Shown here piece by piece: positions 46,614 to 55,811 of a stretch of DNA of 64,000 nucleotides. Each line of letters starts with the position of its first letter. The stretch's first letter is position 1. The notes beneath the pieces are model-generated. The model saw only the letters and a list, made by a program, of their open reading frames with translations. It was not told the origin of the DNA and ran no database searches. The stretch comes from Bianqueaceae bacterium (GTDB lineage Bacteria > Bacillota > Clostridia > Lachnospirales > Bianqueaceae): contig JAZQWC010000008.1 of NCBI GenBank assembly GCA_045632125.1, positions 20,861 to 84,860 on the forward strand. Direction: 5' to 3'. Made by a program: the position numbers and the translations under genes.

Positions 46614-47459
46614 ATGGCAAGTCAAAAAGGGAAAAAACACTATACCAGTGGGGAGTTTGCCCGGTTGTGCGGCACCACAAAGGAGACGCTGCGTCACTAT
46701 GATGAAGTGGGCATTTTGAAACCGGCAGAAGTAGGAGAAAATGGCTATCGATATTATACCAATGGGCAGTTTTTTGATTATGATCTAATCGTTACGCTAA
46801 AAGAGGCGGGCTGTTCTCTAGCTGAGATTAAGAGCTATACTGAGTATTATGAGCCAGAGGTTTTTTTAGCTGGAATTAAAGATAAACTGCGTCAACTAGA
46901 GGCGGAAAAGCTTAAGATCGAGAGTATGCAGCGGCTTTTGCAGCGGGCGATTGATACAACAGAATATGCGCTTACCGAAGAATATTATAAGCCCAGACTA
47001 GTGACCTGTGAAGAGGAGTATTTGATTACAATCAAAGTCGCACACCCGAGTGAGCAATCCTTTAGCGATATGGTACATGATATTCGTGATCATTATATGC
47101 ATTTGGAAGAGCGTGATCTTTGGGATGAATACGGTATGGGATATATTATTATGAAAGAAACGCTGGAAGAAGGAAAGGATTTTGCCAGCTATTATTATAC
47201 ACGTATCCACGATAAACGAGAAGATGAACGCCTGCAGATCCGTCCAGCTGGGCAGTATGTAACGATGCTACATAAGGGTGACTATTGGACTCTGCCACAA
47301 TCCTATGATATTATTAAGAAATTTATTGCCGAAAATGATCTGGAGATCTGCGGTAATTCCTACGAGTATGAACTAGTGAATCATTTGGCGGCACAAAAAA
47401 TGAACGATTATATCATTCAGATTTCGGTGGAGGTCCGTCCCTCGTCGACGAAACAGTAG
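46614..47459 (+). CDS. MerR family transcriptional regulator with a GyrI-like effector-binding domain (BmrR-like)
   Basis: N-terminal HTH YTSGEFARLCGTTKETLRHYDEVGIL, a coiled-coil linker, and a ~150-aa C-terminal domain. Confidence 0.88.
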   Translation: MASQKGKKHYTSGEFARLCGTTKETLRHYDEVGILKPAEVGENGYRYYTNGQFFDYDLIVTLKEAGCSLAEIKSYTEYYEPEVFLAGIKDKLRQLEAEKLKIESMQRLLQRAIDTTEYALTEEYYKPRLVTCEEEYLITIKVAHPSEQSFSDMVHDIRDHYMHLEERDLWDEYGMGYIIMKETLEEGKDFASYYYTRIHDKREDERLQIRPAGQYVTMLHKGDYWTLPQSYDIIKKFIAENDLEICGNSYEYELVNHLAAQKMNDYIIQISVEVRPSSTKQ

Positions 47460-47601
47460 TGTATCATCGTCATTTTGGCGCTCTGCGCCACGTGAGAGTG
47501 TCAACGTCAGAGGATGTTATAAAAAAATGTTGGCGTACATGTTTTGGGTTTTGTAAATTTAAGTTGAATGTTGAATATTGAATATAAGGAGAATAATGAT
47601 T

Positions 47602-48471
47602 ATGAAGTTGAATCCGAATGATGTTTGTTGGTGCGGCAGCGGCCGTAAGTATAAGAAGTGTCACATGATGCAGGACGATAAAATGCAGATCCTGCGGGAT
47701 CGCCGCCTGCTGGTGCCGGATCAAAAACTTTTGAAGACGCCGGCGCAGGTGGAGGGCATGAAAGCCAGCGCAGCTGTCAACATGGCGGCGTTGGATGCCG
47801 TGGCGGAGCAGATCTGTGCAGGCATGAGTACCGAGGATATTAATACCATCGTGCATGACGTGACCACCAGAATGGGGGCGATTCCGGCTCCTTTGGGATA
47901 CGAAGGTTTTCCAAAAAGCGTGTGTACGTCAATTAATGAAGAAGTGTGCCATGGTATTCCGGAGCCCGGTCGTATTTTGAAAGACGGTGACATTATTAAC
48001 GTAGACGTTTCTACGATTTTGAATGGCTACTACTCGGATTCGTCTCGTATGTTTATGATCGGTGACGTCTCGGCTGATCGCAGACGGTTGGTGGAAGTGA
48101 CCAAGGAGTGTGTGGAGAAGGGTCTGGAGCAGGTAAAGCCTTGGGGTTTTTTGGGTGATATTGGTGCTGCCGTGAATGAGCATGCTAAGAAGAACGGTTA
48201 TAGCGTCGTTCGGGAGATTGGCGGGCATGGCATTGGCCTTGACTTCCACGAAGATCCGTGGGTGAGCTTCGTTTCTAAAAAGGAAACGGGCATGGTTTTG
48301 GTACCCGGTTTGTGCTTTACTATTGAACCGATGGTGAACATGGGACGTCATGGTATTTTCTGTGATGAGGAGAACGGCTGGACGATCTACACGCGCGATG
48401 GTAAGCCTTCTGCTCAGTGGGAAGTTCAGGTTCTGGTGACAGAGAAAGGTTACGAGCTGATTGCTTGGTAA
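47602..48471 (+). CDS. map: Type I methionine aminopeptidase with an N-terminal SEC-C zinc motif
   Basis: SEC-C motif CWCGSGRKYKKCH. MAP core (VCHGIP, DGDIINVD, HGIG, FTIEP, EVQVLVT). AAGGAG SD 9 nt before ATG 47602. Confidence 0.9.
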   Translation: MKLNPNDVCWCGSGRKYKKCHMMQDDKMQILRDRRLLVPDQKLLKTPAQVEGMKASAAVNMAALDAVAEQICAGMSTEDINTIVHDVTTRMGAIPAPLGYEGFPKSVCTSINEEVCHGIPEPGRILKDGDIINVDVSTILNGYYSDSSRMFMIGDVSADRRRLVEVTKECVEKGLEQVKPWGFLGDIGAAVNEHAKKNGYSVVREIGGHGIGLDFHEDPWVSFVSKKETGMVLVPGLCFTIEPMVNMGRHGIFCDEENGWTIYTRDGKPSAQWEVQVLVTEKGYELIAW

Positions 48472-48513
48472 TGAATAGGCTGTTGATGGCCGGATATGAA
48501 GTGAGGAGTTAAC

Positions 48514-49260
48514 ATGAAGCGTATCTGTTTTTTTGCTGACGTACAGTATGCGCCCGTGCCGCCGCGTATTGGACGTATGTACAATGAAGGACGTGCACGT
48601 TTAACACGTATTTTGGAGGCAACTCGGGGTGACGTGGATCTGTACGTCAATCTGGGTGATTTTATTAATGGGGAAGAAGCGTGTACGTCATATGCTGAGA
48701 TGATGGCCGTTTGTGATACGGTTGGCGTGGATGCAGCCGGTCGGCAGCTTCCTTTTATTCATGTGCCCGGTAATCATGATGGTTTTGCACTGCCTAATGA
48801 GAAGCTGCGTGGAAGCGGATTTAGCGTGCACGTTTTGGATGGCGTACACTTTATTGTTTTGGATGGTAACTATGATTGGGATGGAAATCCTTACGGTGGC
48901 GTGGACGGCGATTGGACTAAATGTTTAATTCCGCAGGATCAGGTTGAGGCGCTGAAAAATGAATTGTCTACGTGTACATCAGCGGTTGTAATGTGCCATT
49001 ATGTGTTGGATCCGCGAGATACTTTGGCGTATACGCCTAAGAATGCGGACGAGGTGCGTCGCATTCTGGAAGAGAGCGGAAAGGTGCAGGCTGTATTCCA
49101 GGGACACTACCATGAAGGATTTGAACAGATGTATAATGGTATTCCTTATCATACGATTCCCGGTGTATGTGAAAATATTGCCGGAAATGGAAAAGTGCTG
49201 TACGCTACAGTAGATCTGGAAAATGGTGTGCTAAAAAATTATGCACGTCATGAGTGCTGA
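48514..49260 (+). CDS. Metallophosphoesterase (calcineurin-like)
   Basis: Motifs FFADVQY, NLGDFINGEE, VPGNHDG and QGHYHEG. Confidence 0.8.
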   Translation: MKRICFFADVQYAPVPPRIGRMYNEGRARLTRILEATRGDVDLYVNLGDFINGEEACTSYAEMMAVCDTVGVDAAGRQLPFIHVPGNHDGFALPNEKLRGSGFSVHVLDGVHFIVLDGNYDWDGNPYGGVDGDWTKCLIPQDQVEALKNELSTCTSAVVMCHYVLDPRDTLAYTPKNADEVRRILEESGKVQAVFQGHYHEGFEQMYNGIPYHTIPGVCENIAGNGKVLYATVDLENGVLKNYARHEC

Positions 49261-49292
49261 CGTGCATGGTTGTTGGCGTATATAAAATTGAA

Positions 49293-50129
49293 TTATGAGA
49301 AGCGACGGGCGTAGCCGCATTTGCGGCAGAGTTCTTCCGAAGCTTTACCTTTAGCGAATCCACTGCAGATGGCCTGTGTACGTGGATTCGCTAAAATTTT
49401 GTCTAAATCTTGTTCAAATAGGTTGCCAAGAGCAATATCACCTTCGTGATCAAGACAACAGGGTACCACAGTGCCATCACACAAGATACCGATTTGATCT
49501 TTCAGACCATAACAGAAAACGTGGTCACCACCATCTTCTGCAGAAAGATCGGGCCAGTCGAATTTGTCACCGTATTCTAAATATATACGTTGACCAATAC
49601 GGGTTCCCTGGCGTTCTTTGATCCAATCGGAGTTGAAGTAAGTTTTCATGGTAGCCAAGATTTCTTCGTTTTTATCATTCTCGCCACCACCATTCCAAAG
49701 GCGGTAGCAGACAATTTTTTGGCCTTCGGCCGCTTTGCCAAAGGAAAAACAGCCATCAAGGTATTGGTCAAAGCTCATGGTAAGATCGTTGGCTTCAAAG
49801 GCGTGCAGAGAAATGTTAAGTTTATGGAGGGCGGGAGCCTGTAATAGTAAGGGCTGGAGTTTAGGCAGCAATACACCATTGGTCGTTAAAATAACTTTGA
49901 AATTGTATACGCCAGCCAGATGGAGAAAATATTCCAGACGTGGATGGCAAAGGGGTTCGCCCATTAAATGAAAATAAAGATAGTCGGTGTAAGGCTGGAG
50001 TTTGGGTAACAGGGTTTCAAATTCCGTATCGGTGAGTGCTTTGGGGACACGCTTTGTGCCGGGACAAAAGCGACAGTGAAGGTTGCAAATGTTAGAAATT
50101 TCTAAATATATTTTTCGAAATCGTTTCAT
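49293..50129 (-). CDS. Radical SAM / SPASM domain protein
   Basis: CNLHCRFCPG (CxxxCxxC) near the N-terminus. Cys-rich C-terminus CYGL...CDGTVVPCC...CRKCG is SPASM-like. Start set at MKRFRKIYLEIS (ATG 50129). Confidence 0.85.
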   Translation of the reverse strand: MKRFRKIYLEISNICNLHCRFCPGTKRVPKALTDTEFETLLPKLQPYTDYLYFHLMGEPLCHPRLEYFLHLAGVYNFKVILTTNGVLLPKLQPLLLQAPALHKLNISLHAFEANDLTMSFDQYLDGCFSFGKAAEGQKIVCYRLWNGGGENDKNEEILATMKTYFNSDWIKERQGTRIGQRIYLEYGDKFDWPDLSAEDGGDHVFCYGLKDQIGILCDGTVVPCCLDHEGDIALGNLFEQDLDKILANPRTQAICSGFAKGKASEELCRKCGYARRFS

Positions 50130-50407
50130 AAAATTACCTTTATAATTAGTTTGTAGCATTTGTGTAAGAACTTTTTCATTGTAACATGACGCATTTGGAA
50201 ATACAAGGGACACTTCTATATGACAATTCCGGGAGTATAAGAAGAGAGAAGTGTCTCTATATGTCGGTGAAAAATTTGTAAAAAAGGTAAATTATATATA
50301 GCATTCTGTTTGTGATTCGGTTACAATACTGATATGAAAACAGAACGAAGTACACACAATATTATGTAGCGTATAATTATGAAAATATTTTATGGAGGAA
50401 GTATATA

Positions 50408-51040
50408 ATGGCAATTTTAGAAGAAATCAGCATGTATTTGCAGCAAGGACGTGCAAAGAATGTAAAGAAATTAGTGGAGCAGGCATTAGAAGAAGGTCTG
50501 TCCCCTCAAAACATTTTGGAAGAGGGTTTGATGGATGGCATGAATATCATTGGACAAAAGTTTAAAGATAATGAAGTTTTTGTGCCGGAGGTTCTTGTTT
50601 CTGCTCGCGCTATGAATATGGGTATGGAAGCATTGAAACCCTATTTGCTGCAGGAAAATGCGAAACCAGCTGGCAAAGTCGTAATCGGAACTGTAAAAGG
50701 CGATTTGCATGACATTGGAAAAAATTTGGTGAAATTGATGATGGAAAGCAAAGGTTTTGAAGTGATTGATGCCGGTGTAGATGTTTCTGCTGAGCAATTT
50801 GTTGAGAAAGCGATTGAAACTGAGGCGAATATTATTAGCTGTTCTGCACTGTTGACTACTACAATGTTAGAAATGCGTCGTGTAGTAGAAGTTGCAGAGG
50901 AAAAGGGTGTTCGTAATCGAATTAAGATCATCATTGGCGGTGCACCGGTAACTCAAAAATTCTGTGATGAAATCGGGGCAGATGGTTATACTACAGATGC
51001 AGTCAGTGCTGCAGAGCTGGCGCTTGAATTGGTGAAATAA
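50408..51040 (+). CDS. Corrinoid (cobalamin-binding) protein of a methyltransferase system
   Basis: B12-binding cap helix bundle plus Rossmann domain with GDLHDIGKN (DxHxxG) and SALLTTT motifs. 210 aa. Confidence 0.9.
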   Translation: MAILEEISMYLQQGRAKNVKKLVEQALEEGLSPQNILEEGLMDGMNIIGQKFKDNEVFVPEVLVSARAMNMGMEALKPYLLQENAKPAGKVVIGTVKGDLHDIGKNLVKLMMESKGFEVIDAGVDVSAEQFVEKAIETEANIISCSALLTTTMLEMRRVVEVAEEKGVRNRIKIIIGGAPVTQKFCDEIGADGYTTDAVSAAELALELVK

Positions 51041-51041
51041 A

Positions 51042-52124
51042 ATGGCTGGCATAAAAATATCAGAACGGGAAAATATTCTGCGGACTATATTTTTTAAAAA
51101 TCCAGCGTACATTCCGGTATCCTATGTGATCAATAATTCGTATTATTTTGAAAACGATCCGGAGGATGTTCTAGATTTAAAAGCACGTCATCCACTTCTA
51201 TTCCCAGACTTTAAACGTCCTGAACGTGGCACTTTTTTGCCATGGCTGAAAGAAAATTTGCCTTTGGTAGCCAGAAAAGAGGAGCCATTTACCGATGACT
51301 TTGGATGTTTGTGGGAGACGACTATTGACGGTTTGACGGGTACGGTAACGAAGCATCCGTTGGCTGATTTAGATCAATTTGTAAATTATCGTTTTCCTGA
51401 TCCTGAAGTTTGTATGGGAATTGGCCCTGTGGACTGGGAGAAGGAACGGAGCGTCGTGCAGGCGGCAAAGCTGGCAGGGAAATTTACCAGCGCAGGTCTT
51501 CGCCATGGTCATACGTTTTTGCAGCTAAGTGACATCTTCGGTTACCAAAATTTGATGTACGCCATGGCTGATGAAGAGCCCGTACTGGATGAAGTGATTA
51601 AAGGCGTGGAAGCTTTTAACACTGCTATTATCCGAAAGTACATCGACTTTGGCGTAGACATGATTTCGATTCCAGAAGATTTGGGAATGCAGCAAGGGCC
51701 TATGATCACGCCGTCAGATTTTCGCAGATATATTAAACCGAGTTATCAGCGAATGATGAAATTAGTGCGGGAAGCAGGCTGCATTGTTCATATGCATTCT
51801 GATGGTGATATCCGCTCCTTGGTGGATGACATTATCGAAGGTGGTTGCCAGGTGATCAACCTGCAGGATCTGGTCAACGGCATTGATTGGATCGCCGAGC
51901 ACTTCCGTGGAAAAACCTGTGTAGAACTCGACGTAGACCGACAATTTGTGACCTACAGCGGAACTCCCAAAGATATTGATGATCTGATTCGAGAAGAAAT
52001 AGAGAAAATCGGCACCCCGCAGGGCGGTTTAATGTTAGTGTATGGATTGTATCCCGGTACACCTTTGGAAAATGCTGAGGCGGTTGCCTGTGCTTTGGAA
52101 AAGTATGCACGTCTGGAAATTTGA
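51042..52124 (+). CDS. Uroporphyrinogen decarboxylase (UroD) family methyltransferase, lacking the HxC zinc motif
   Basis: About 360-aa UroD-fold signature (IPEDLGMQQGPMITPSDFRRYIKPSYQR). The position equivalent to the MtaA zinc ligands reads HMHSDG. Starts 1 nt after the corrinoid protein stop. Confidence 0.75.
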   Translation: MAGIKISERENILRTIFFKNPAYIPVSYVINNSYYFENDPEDVLDLKARHPLLFPDFKRPERGTFLPWLKENLPLVARKEEPFTDDFGCLWETTIDGLTGTVTKHPLADLDQFVNYRFPDPEVCMGIGPVDWEKERSVVQAAKLAGKFTSAGLRHGHTFLQLSDIFGYQNLMYAMADEEPVLDEVIKGVEAFNTAIIRKYIDFGVDMISIPEDLGMQQGPMITPSDFRRYIKPSYQRMMKLVREAGCIVHMHSDGDIRSLVDDIIEGGCQVINLQDLVNGIDWIAEHFRGKTCVELDVDRQFVTYSGTPKDIDDLIREEIEKIGTPQGGLMLVYGLYPGTPLENAEAVACALEKYARLEI

Positions 52125-52165
52125 GGTCGCTATTTTGGCGTGCAGGCTAACTTTGAGGTATATGT

Positions 52166-53155
52166 ATGAATATAAAACAATGGCTCGCTGAAGCGAGAAA
52201 AATGACGAGTAAAAAGCCTATGCCGGTGTTGTCGTATCCGGTAGCAGCTCATTTGGGAATTTCCATTGCGGACATGACGGAGAGTGCTCAGGTGCAGGCT
52301 AAAACGATGCTGTATTTGATGAAAGAACTCGATATGCCTATGGCAATTACCAGTATGGATCTAGCTTTGGAAGCTTCCTGTTTTGGAGCACCGGTGAGTC
52401 ATGACGGAGTCCCCGCTGTGAAAAGTGTAATCATAGACTCTTTGGATGACGTAGAAGCATTACATGTTCCCGGAGCTGATAGTATAAAAGAAAAAAGTCC
52501 GTATCTGGATGCAATTCGTATGGTAAAAGAAGAAATGCAGAAAAACGGTGATGTGCGTCCTATTATTGCAGGGATTAGCGGTCCGTTTTCTCTGGCAGGC
52601 CAGCTTCGCGGCATGACGGACATTATGATGGACTGTTACGATGATCCGGAGCTTCTGGAGGAACTGGTACAAAAGGCGACGGAGTTTGTATGTGTGTACG
52701 CTAAAATGTTGAAGGAAGCGGGAGCGGATATGCTTCTTTTGGCAGAACCTTTAGCAGGCGTGGTTTCACCGGCTATGGCTGCAGATTTCTCCCATCCTTT
52801 TGTGAAGAAGATAATCGAAAGCGTACAGGACGATTCCTTCGCGGTTATTTATCACAACTGTGGCGCGGGTGTTATAAGAATGCTGGAGGATCTGATCGAT
52901 TTAGATGCCATGGTGTATCATTTTGGTAACGCAATCCATTTGGAGGAGGTTATGCAAAAGATGCCAGCCAGTGCGATCATTATGGGAAATGTGGATCCGG
53001 CAGGTGTAGTAGCACATGGAAGTCAAAATGATGTACGTCAAGCGGTGGATGAATTGCTCCAAACTTGTGGAAGCTATGAAAACTTTTGGTTATCTACCGG
53101 TTGCGATGTGCCCCCGGATGCACCGTGGGAGAATCTTGTGGAGTTCATGAAATAA
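52166..53155 (+). CDS. MtaA/CmuA-like UroD-family methylcobamide methyltransferase
   Basis: 329 aa, with HNCG (HxC) and a later TGCD Cys consistent with the MtaA-type zinc site. Confidence 0.8.
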   Translation: MNIKQWLAEARKMTSKKPMPVLSYPVAAHLGISIADMTESAQVQAKTMLYLMKELDMPMAITSMDLALEASCFGAPVSHDGVPAVKSVIIDSLDDVEALHVPGADSIKEKSPYLDAIRMVKEEMQKNGDVRPIIAGISGPFSLAGQLRGMTDIMMDCYDDPELLEELVQKATEFVCVYAKMLKEAGADMLLLAEPLAGVVSPAMAADFSHPFVKKIIESVQDDSFAVIYHNCGAGVIRMLEDLIDLDAMVYHFGNAIHLEEVMQKMPASAIIMGNVDPAGVVAHGSQNDVRQAVDELLQTCGSYENFWLSTGCDVPPDAPWENLVEFMK

Positions 53156-53164
53156 AAGGAACAA

Positions 53165-53211
53165 AAGGGGCAAAGCAAGCTGGAAATTTGGCAATTTGCC
53201 CCTTGCTTTTT
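53165..53211 (+). terminator. Hairpin terminator after the corrinoid methyltransferase operon
   Basis: AAGGGGCAAA (53165-53174) pairs with TTTGCCCCTT (53195-53204), then GCTTTTT. Confidence 0.6.
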
Positions 53212-53231
53212 GTACGTCACTAGGATATAAT
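53203..53231 (+). promoter_or_regulatory. Candidate sigma-A promoter of the serS leader
   Basis: TTGCTT (53203-53208), 17-nt spacer, TATAAT (53226-53231). Confidence 0.5.
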
Positions 53232-53239
53232 ATGGAACA

Positions 53240-53467
53240 ATGATGCGTTGATGAAAGCTACGATTTAGTGAGGCCTTTCAGAGAGTCGATGGTTGGTGCG
53301 AATCGGCAGGCGGACAAATCTTTCCACTTTCGGAGCAGGCGGTGAAGAGCCGGAGGGTCGTATCCTTTATCGTACGAATTGAGAGGTTATTGAAAGATAA
53401 CAATTTGGGTGGCAACGCGGAATCCTTTCGTCCCATGTTGGTTTTGGGAGCGATGGGATTTTTTTAT
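53240..53467 (+). promoter_or_regulatory. T-box riboswitch leader (seryl-tRNA sensing) upstream of serS
   Basis: Stem I CAGAGAGTCGATGGTTGGTGCGAA. T-box sequence AATTTGGGTGGCAACGCGG (53402-53420). Terminator AATCCTTTCGTCCCA / TGGGAGCGATGGGATT, followed by T7 (53461-53467). Confidence 0.82.
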
Positions 53468-53569
53468 TTTCCAATGAACATCGGTAAAGCCAAAACCATG
53501 AATTTTTTGCCGCTTGGCGGCACATAGAACTGCCCGGAACGGGCCATATTTCCATAAGGAGGAAACAAA

Positions 53570-54850
53570 ATGTTAGATTTGAAATTTGTAAGAGAGAATC
53601 CGGAGATCGTTAAGCAAAATATCCGCAATAAATTCCAGGATCGCAAACTGGCACTCGTGGATGAGGTCATTGAACTGGATGCAGAGAGTCGTAAAGTTAA
53701 GCAGGAGGCTGATGCCCTGCGTGCAAACCGCAACAAGATCTCCAAGCAGATCGGTGGCTTGATGGCGAAAGGCCTGAAAGAAGAGGCTGAGCAGGTGAAG
53801 AAGCAGGTAACTGAGGCTTCTGCACATTTGGCTGAGCTTGAGCAGAAAGAGACCGAATTGACTGAAAAAATCCAGAAGATCATGATGACCATTCCTAACA
53901 TCATCGATCCCAGCGTGCCGATCGGTAAAGATGATAGCGAAAACGTGGAACTGGAGCGCTTCGGAGAGCCCGTTGTGCCCGAGTTTGAGGTTCCCTATCA
54001 CACCGATATTATGGAAAAACTGCATGGCATTGATCTGGATAGTGCTCGTAAAGTTGCCGGTAACGGTTTCTATTATTTGATGGGCGACATTGCTCGCCTG
54101 CATTCTGCAGTGATTTCTTATGCACGCGATTTCATGATCGATCGAGGCTTCACTTATTGCATCCCGCCCTTCATGATCCGCAGCAACGTGGTAACCGGCG
54201 TTATGAGCTTCGATGAAATGGAAGCAATGATGTACAAAATTGAGGGAGAGGACCTGTTCCTGATCGGTACCAGTGAGCATTCCATGATCGGTAAGTTCAT
54301 CGATACCATCGTGCCCGAGGAACAGCTGCCTCAGACTCTGACCAGCTATTCTCCCTGTTTCCGTAAGGAAAAGGGTGCTCATGGCTTGGAAGAGCGTGGC
54401 GTATACCGTATTCATCAGTTTGAAAAGCAGGAAATGATCGTTGTCTGCAAGCCCGAAGACAGTATGATGTGGTATGAAAAGATGTGGCAGAACACTGTGG
54501 ATCTGTTCCGCAGCCTGGACATTCCCGTGCGTACTCTGGAGTGCTGCTCCGGTGACTTGGCTGACCTGAAGGTGAAATCTGTTGACGTTGAAGCTTGGTC
54601 TCCTCGTCAGAAGAAGTATTTCGAAGTAGGTAGCTGCTCCAACCTGGGTGACGCACAGGCTCGTCGTTTGAAGATCCGTGTAAACGGCGAAAACGGTAAG
54701 TACTTTGCTCATACTTTGAATAATACTGTAGTAGCTCCTCCTCGTATGCTGATCGCGTTCTTGGAGAATAATCTGCAGGCAGATGGCAGCGTACGCATTC
54801 CCGAAGTGCTGCGTCCTTACATGGGCGGCAAAACCGAGATTCGTCCGTAA
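53570..54850 (+). CDS. serS: Serine--tRNA ligase
   Basis: N-terminal coiled-coil arm (MLDLKFVRENPE...). Class II core motifs including FRKEKGAHG and TLNNTVVAPPR. Confidence 0.95.
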   Translation: MLDLKFVRENPEIVKQNIRNKFQDRKLALVDEVIELDAESRKVKQEADALRANRNKISKQIGGLMAKGLKEEAEQVKKQVTEASAHLAELEQKETELTEKIQKIMMTIPNIIDPSVPIGKDDSENVELERFGEPVVPEFEVPYHTDIMEKLHGIDLDSARKVAGNGFYYLMGDIARLHSAVISYARDFMIDRGFTYCIPPFMIRSNVVTGVMSFDEMEAMMYKIEGEDLFLIGTSEHSMIGKFIDTIVPEEQLPQTLTSYSPCFRKEKGAHGLEERGVYRIHQFEKQEMIVVCKPEDSMMWYEKMWQNTVDLFRSLDIPVRTLECCSGDLADLKVKSVDVEAWSPRQKKYFEVGSCSNLGDAQARRLKIRVNGENGKYFAHTLNNTVVAPPRMLIAFLENNLQADGSVRIPEVLRPYMGGKTEIRP

Positions 54851-54921
54851 GATATAAATCTGCTTAAGTGACGTAACAGTCAACCCCGCGGAGCGGGAAA
54901 ATTGATGATTTGAATTGCCTT

Positions 54922-54979
54922 AAACAACCGATCGTGTAATCAAAAAATATTGATTACATAGTCGGTTGTTTTTATTTTA
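54922..54979 (+). terminator. Rho-independent terminator after serS
   Basis: Long compound hairpin AAACAACCGA...TGTAATCAA / TTGATTACA...TCGGTTGTTT, followed by TTTATTTT. Confidence 0.85.
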
Positions 54980-55086
54980 CGTTTTGTAGGTTTGTGTACG
55001 CTTTCAGACCCTTGCTTTTGACACGTGACGTGCACAATGTTATAATCACTATATTGAAGGGAATTCTAACAGGAGGAGATTATGCT

Positions 55087-55770
55087 ATGAAGAAAAGAAC
55101 GAAACTGCGCGATCGGAAACTTCCAACATATACGCGCGGGGAAGAAATTTTTAACATGACAAGCCATATCGTGGGAGGCGGTATAGCGGTGGTTGTGTTG
55201 GTGACGTGCATCGTGATGGGAGCATTACGAGGTACGGCCTGGTCCGTAGTCGGCGGCTCAATTTATGGTGCATCTATGATTTTGCTATACACAATGTCAA
55301 GTATTTATCATGGATTAAAACCGGAAACAGCCAAAAAAGTATTTCAGGTGATCGATCATTGTACTATTTATTTGTTGATTGCCGGAACGTATACTCCGGT
55401 TATGCTGTCAGCTATGCGACCGGTTTATCCTGCGATAGCGTGGACCATTTTTGGTGTAATTTGGGCATGTGCTGTGGTAGCCATTGTATTGACAGCTATT
55501 GATTTGAAAAAATACAAGGTCTTTTCAATGATTTGTTATTTAGGTATGGGATGGTGTATCATATTTTTTATTAAACAAACGGCTCAAGTGCTTGGCTCAG
55601 ATGGAATGCTTTTGCTGGCGTTGGGCGGCGTGGCGTACACGATAGGAGCAGTATTATATGGTCTTGGAAAGAAAAAGGCATATATCCATTCGGTATTTCA
55701 TATCTTTTGCATTATAGGAAGTTTGTTCCATTATTTTATGATTCTGTTCTACGTTATGCCGATTCGATAA
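55087..55770 (+). CDS. Hemolysin III / PAQR family membrane protein
   Basis: Seven TM segments, with N-terminal TRGEEIFNMTSH, DHCTIYLLIAGTYTP and C-terminal HSVFHIF motifs typical of the family. Confidence 0.88.
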   Translation: MKKRTKLRDRKLPTYTRGEEIFNMTSHIVGGGIAVVVLVTCIVMGALRGTAWSVVGGSIYGASMILLYTMSSIYHGLKPETAKKVFQVIDHCTIYLLIAGTYTPVMLSAMRPVYPAIAWTIFGVIWACAVVAIVLTAIDLKKYKVFSMICYLGMGWCIIFFIKQTAQVLGSDGMLLLALGGVAYTIGAVLYGLGKKKAYIHSVFHIFCIIGSLFHYFMILFYVMPIR

Positions 55771-55811
55771 AAGCGGTTGACGGGCAACTTCAAGCGTAAA
55801 GAGGTAATGAC

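Noticed and set aside
50214-50407. Looked for a cobalamin riboswitch upstream of the corrinoid protein gene
   Set aside because: The spacer is AT-rich and lacks anything resembling the GC-rich B12 box or conserved core. Only a short dyad (TTCTGTTT...AAACAGAA) and promoter-like hexamers are present.
53573-54883. 436-aa minus-strand ORF covering serS
   Set aside because: Antisense shadow of serS, which has clear class II synthetase motifs and a T-box leader. No independent start signals.
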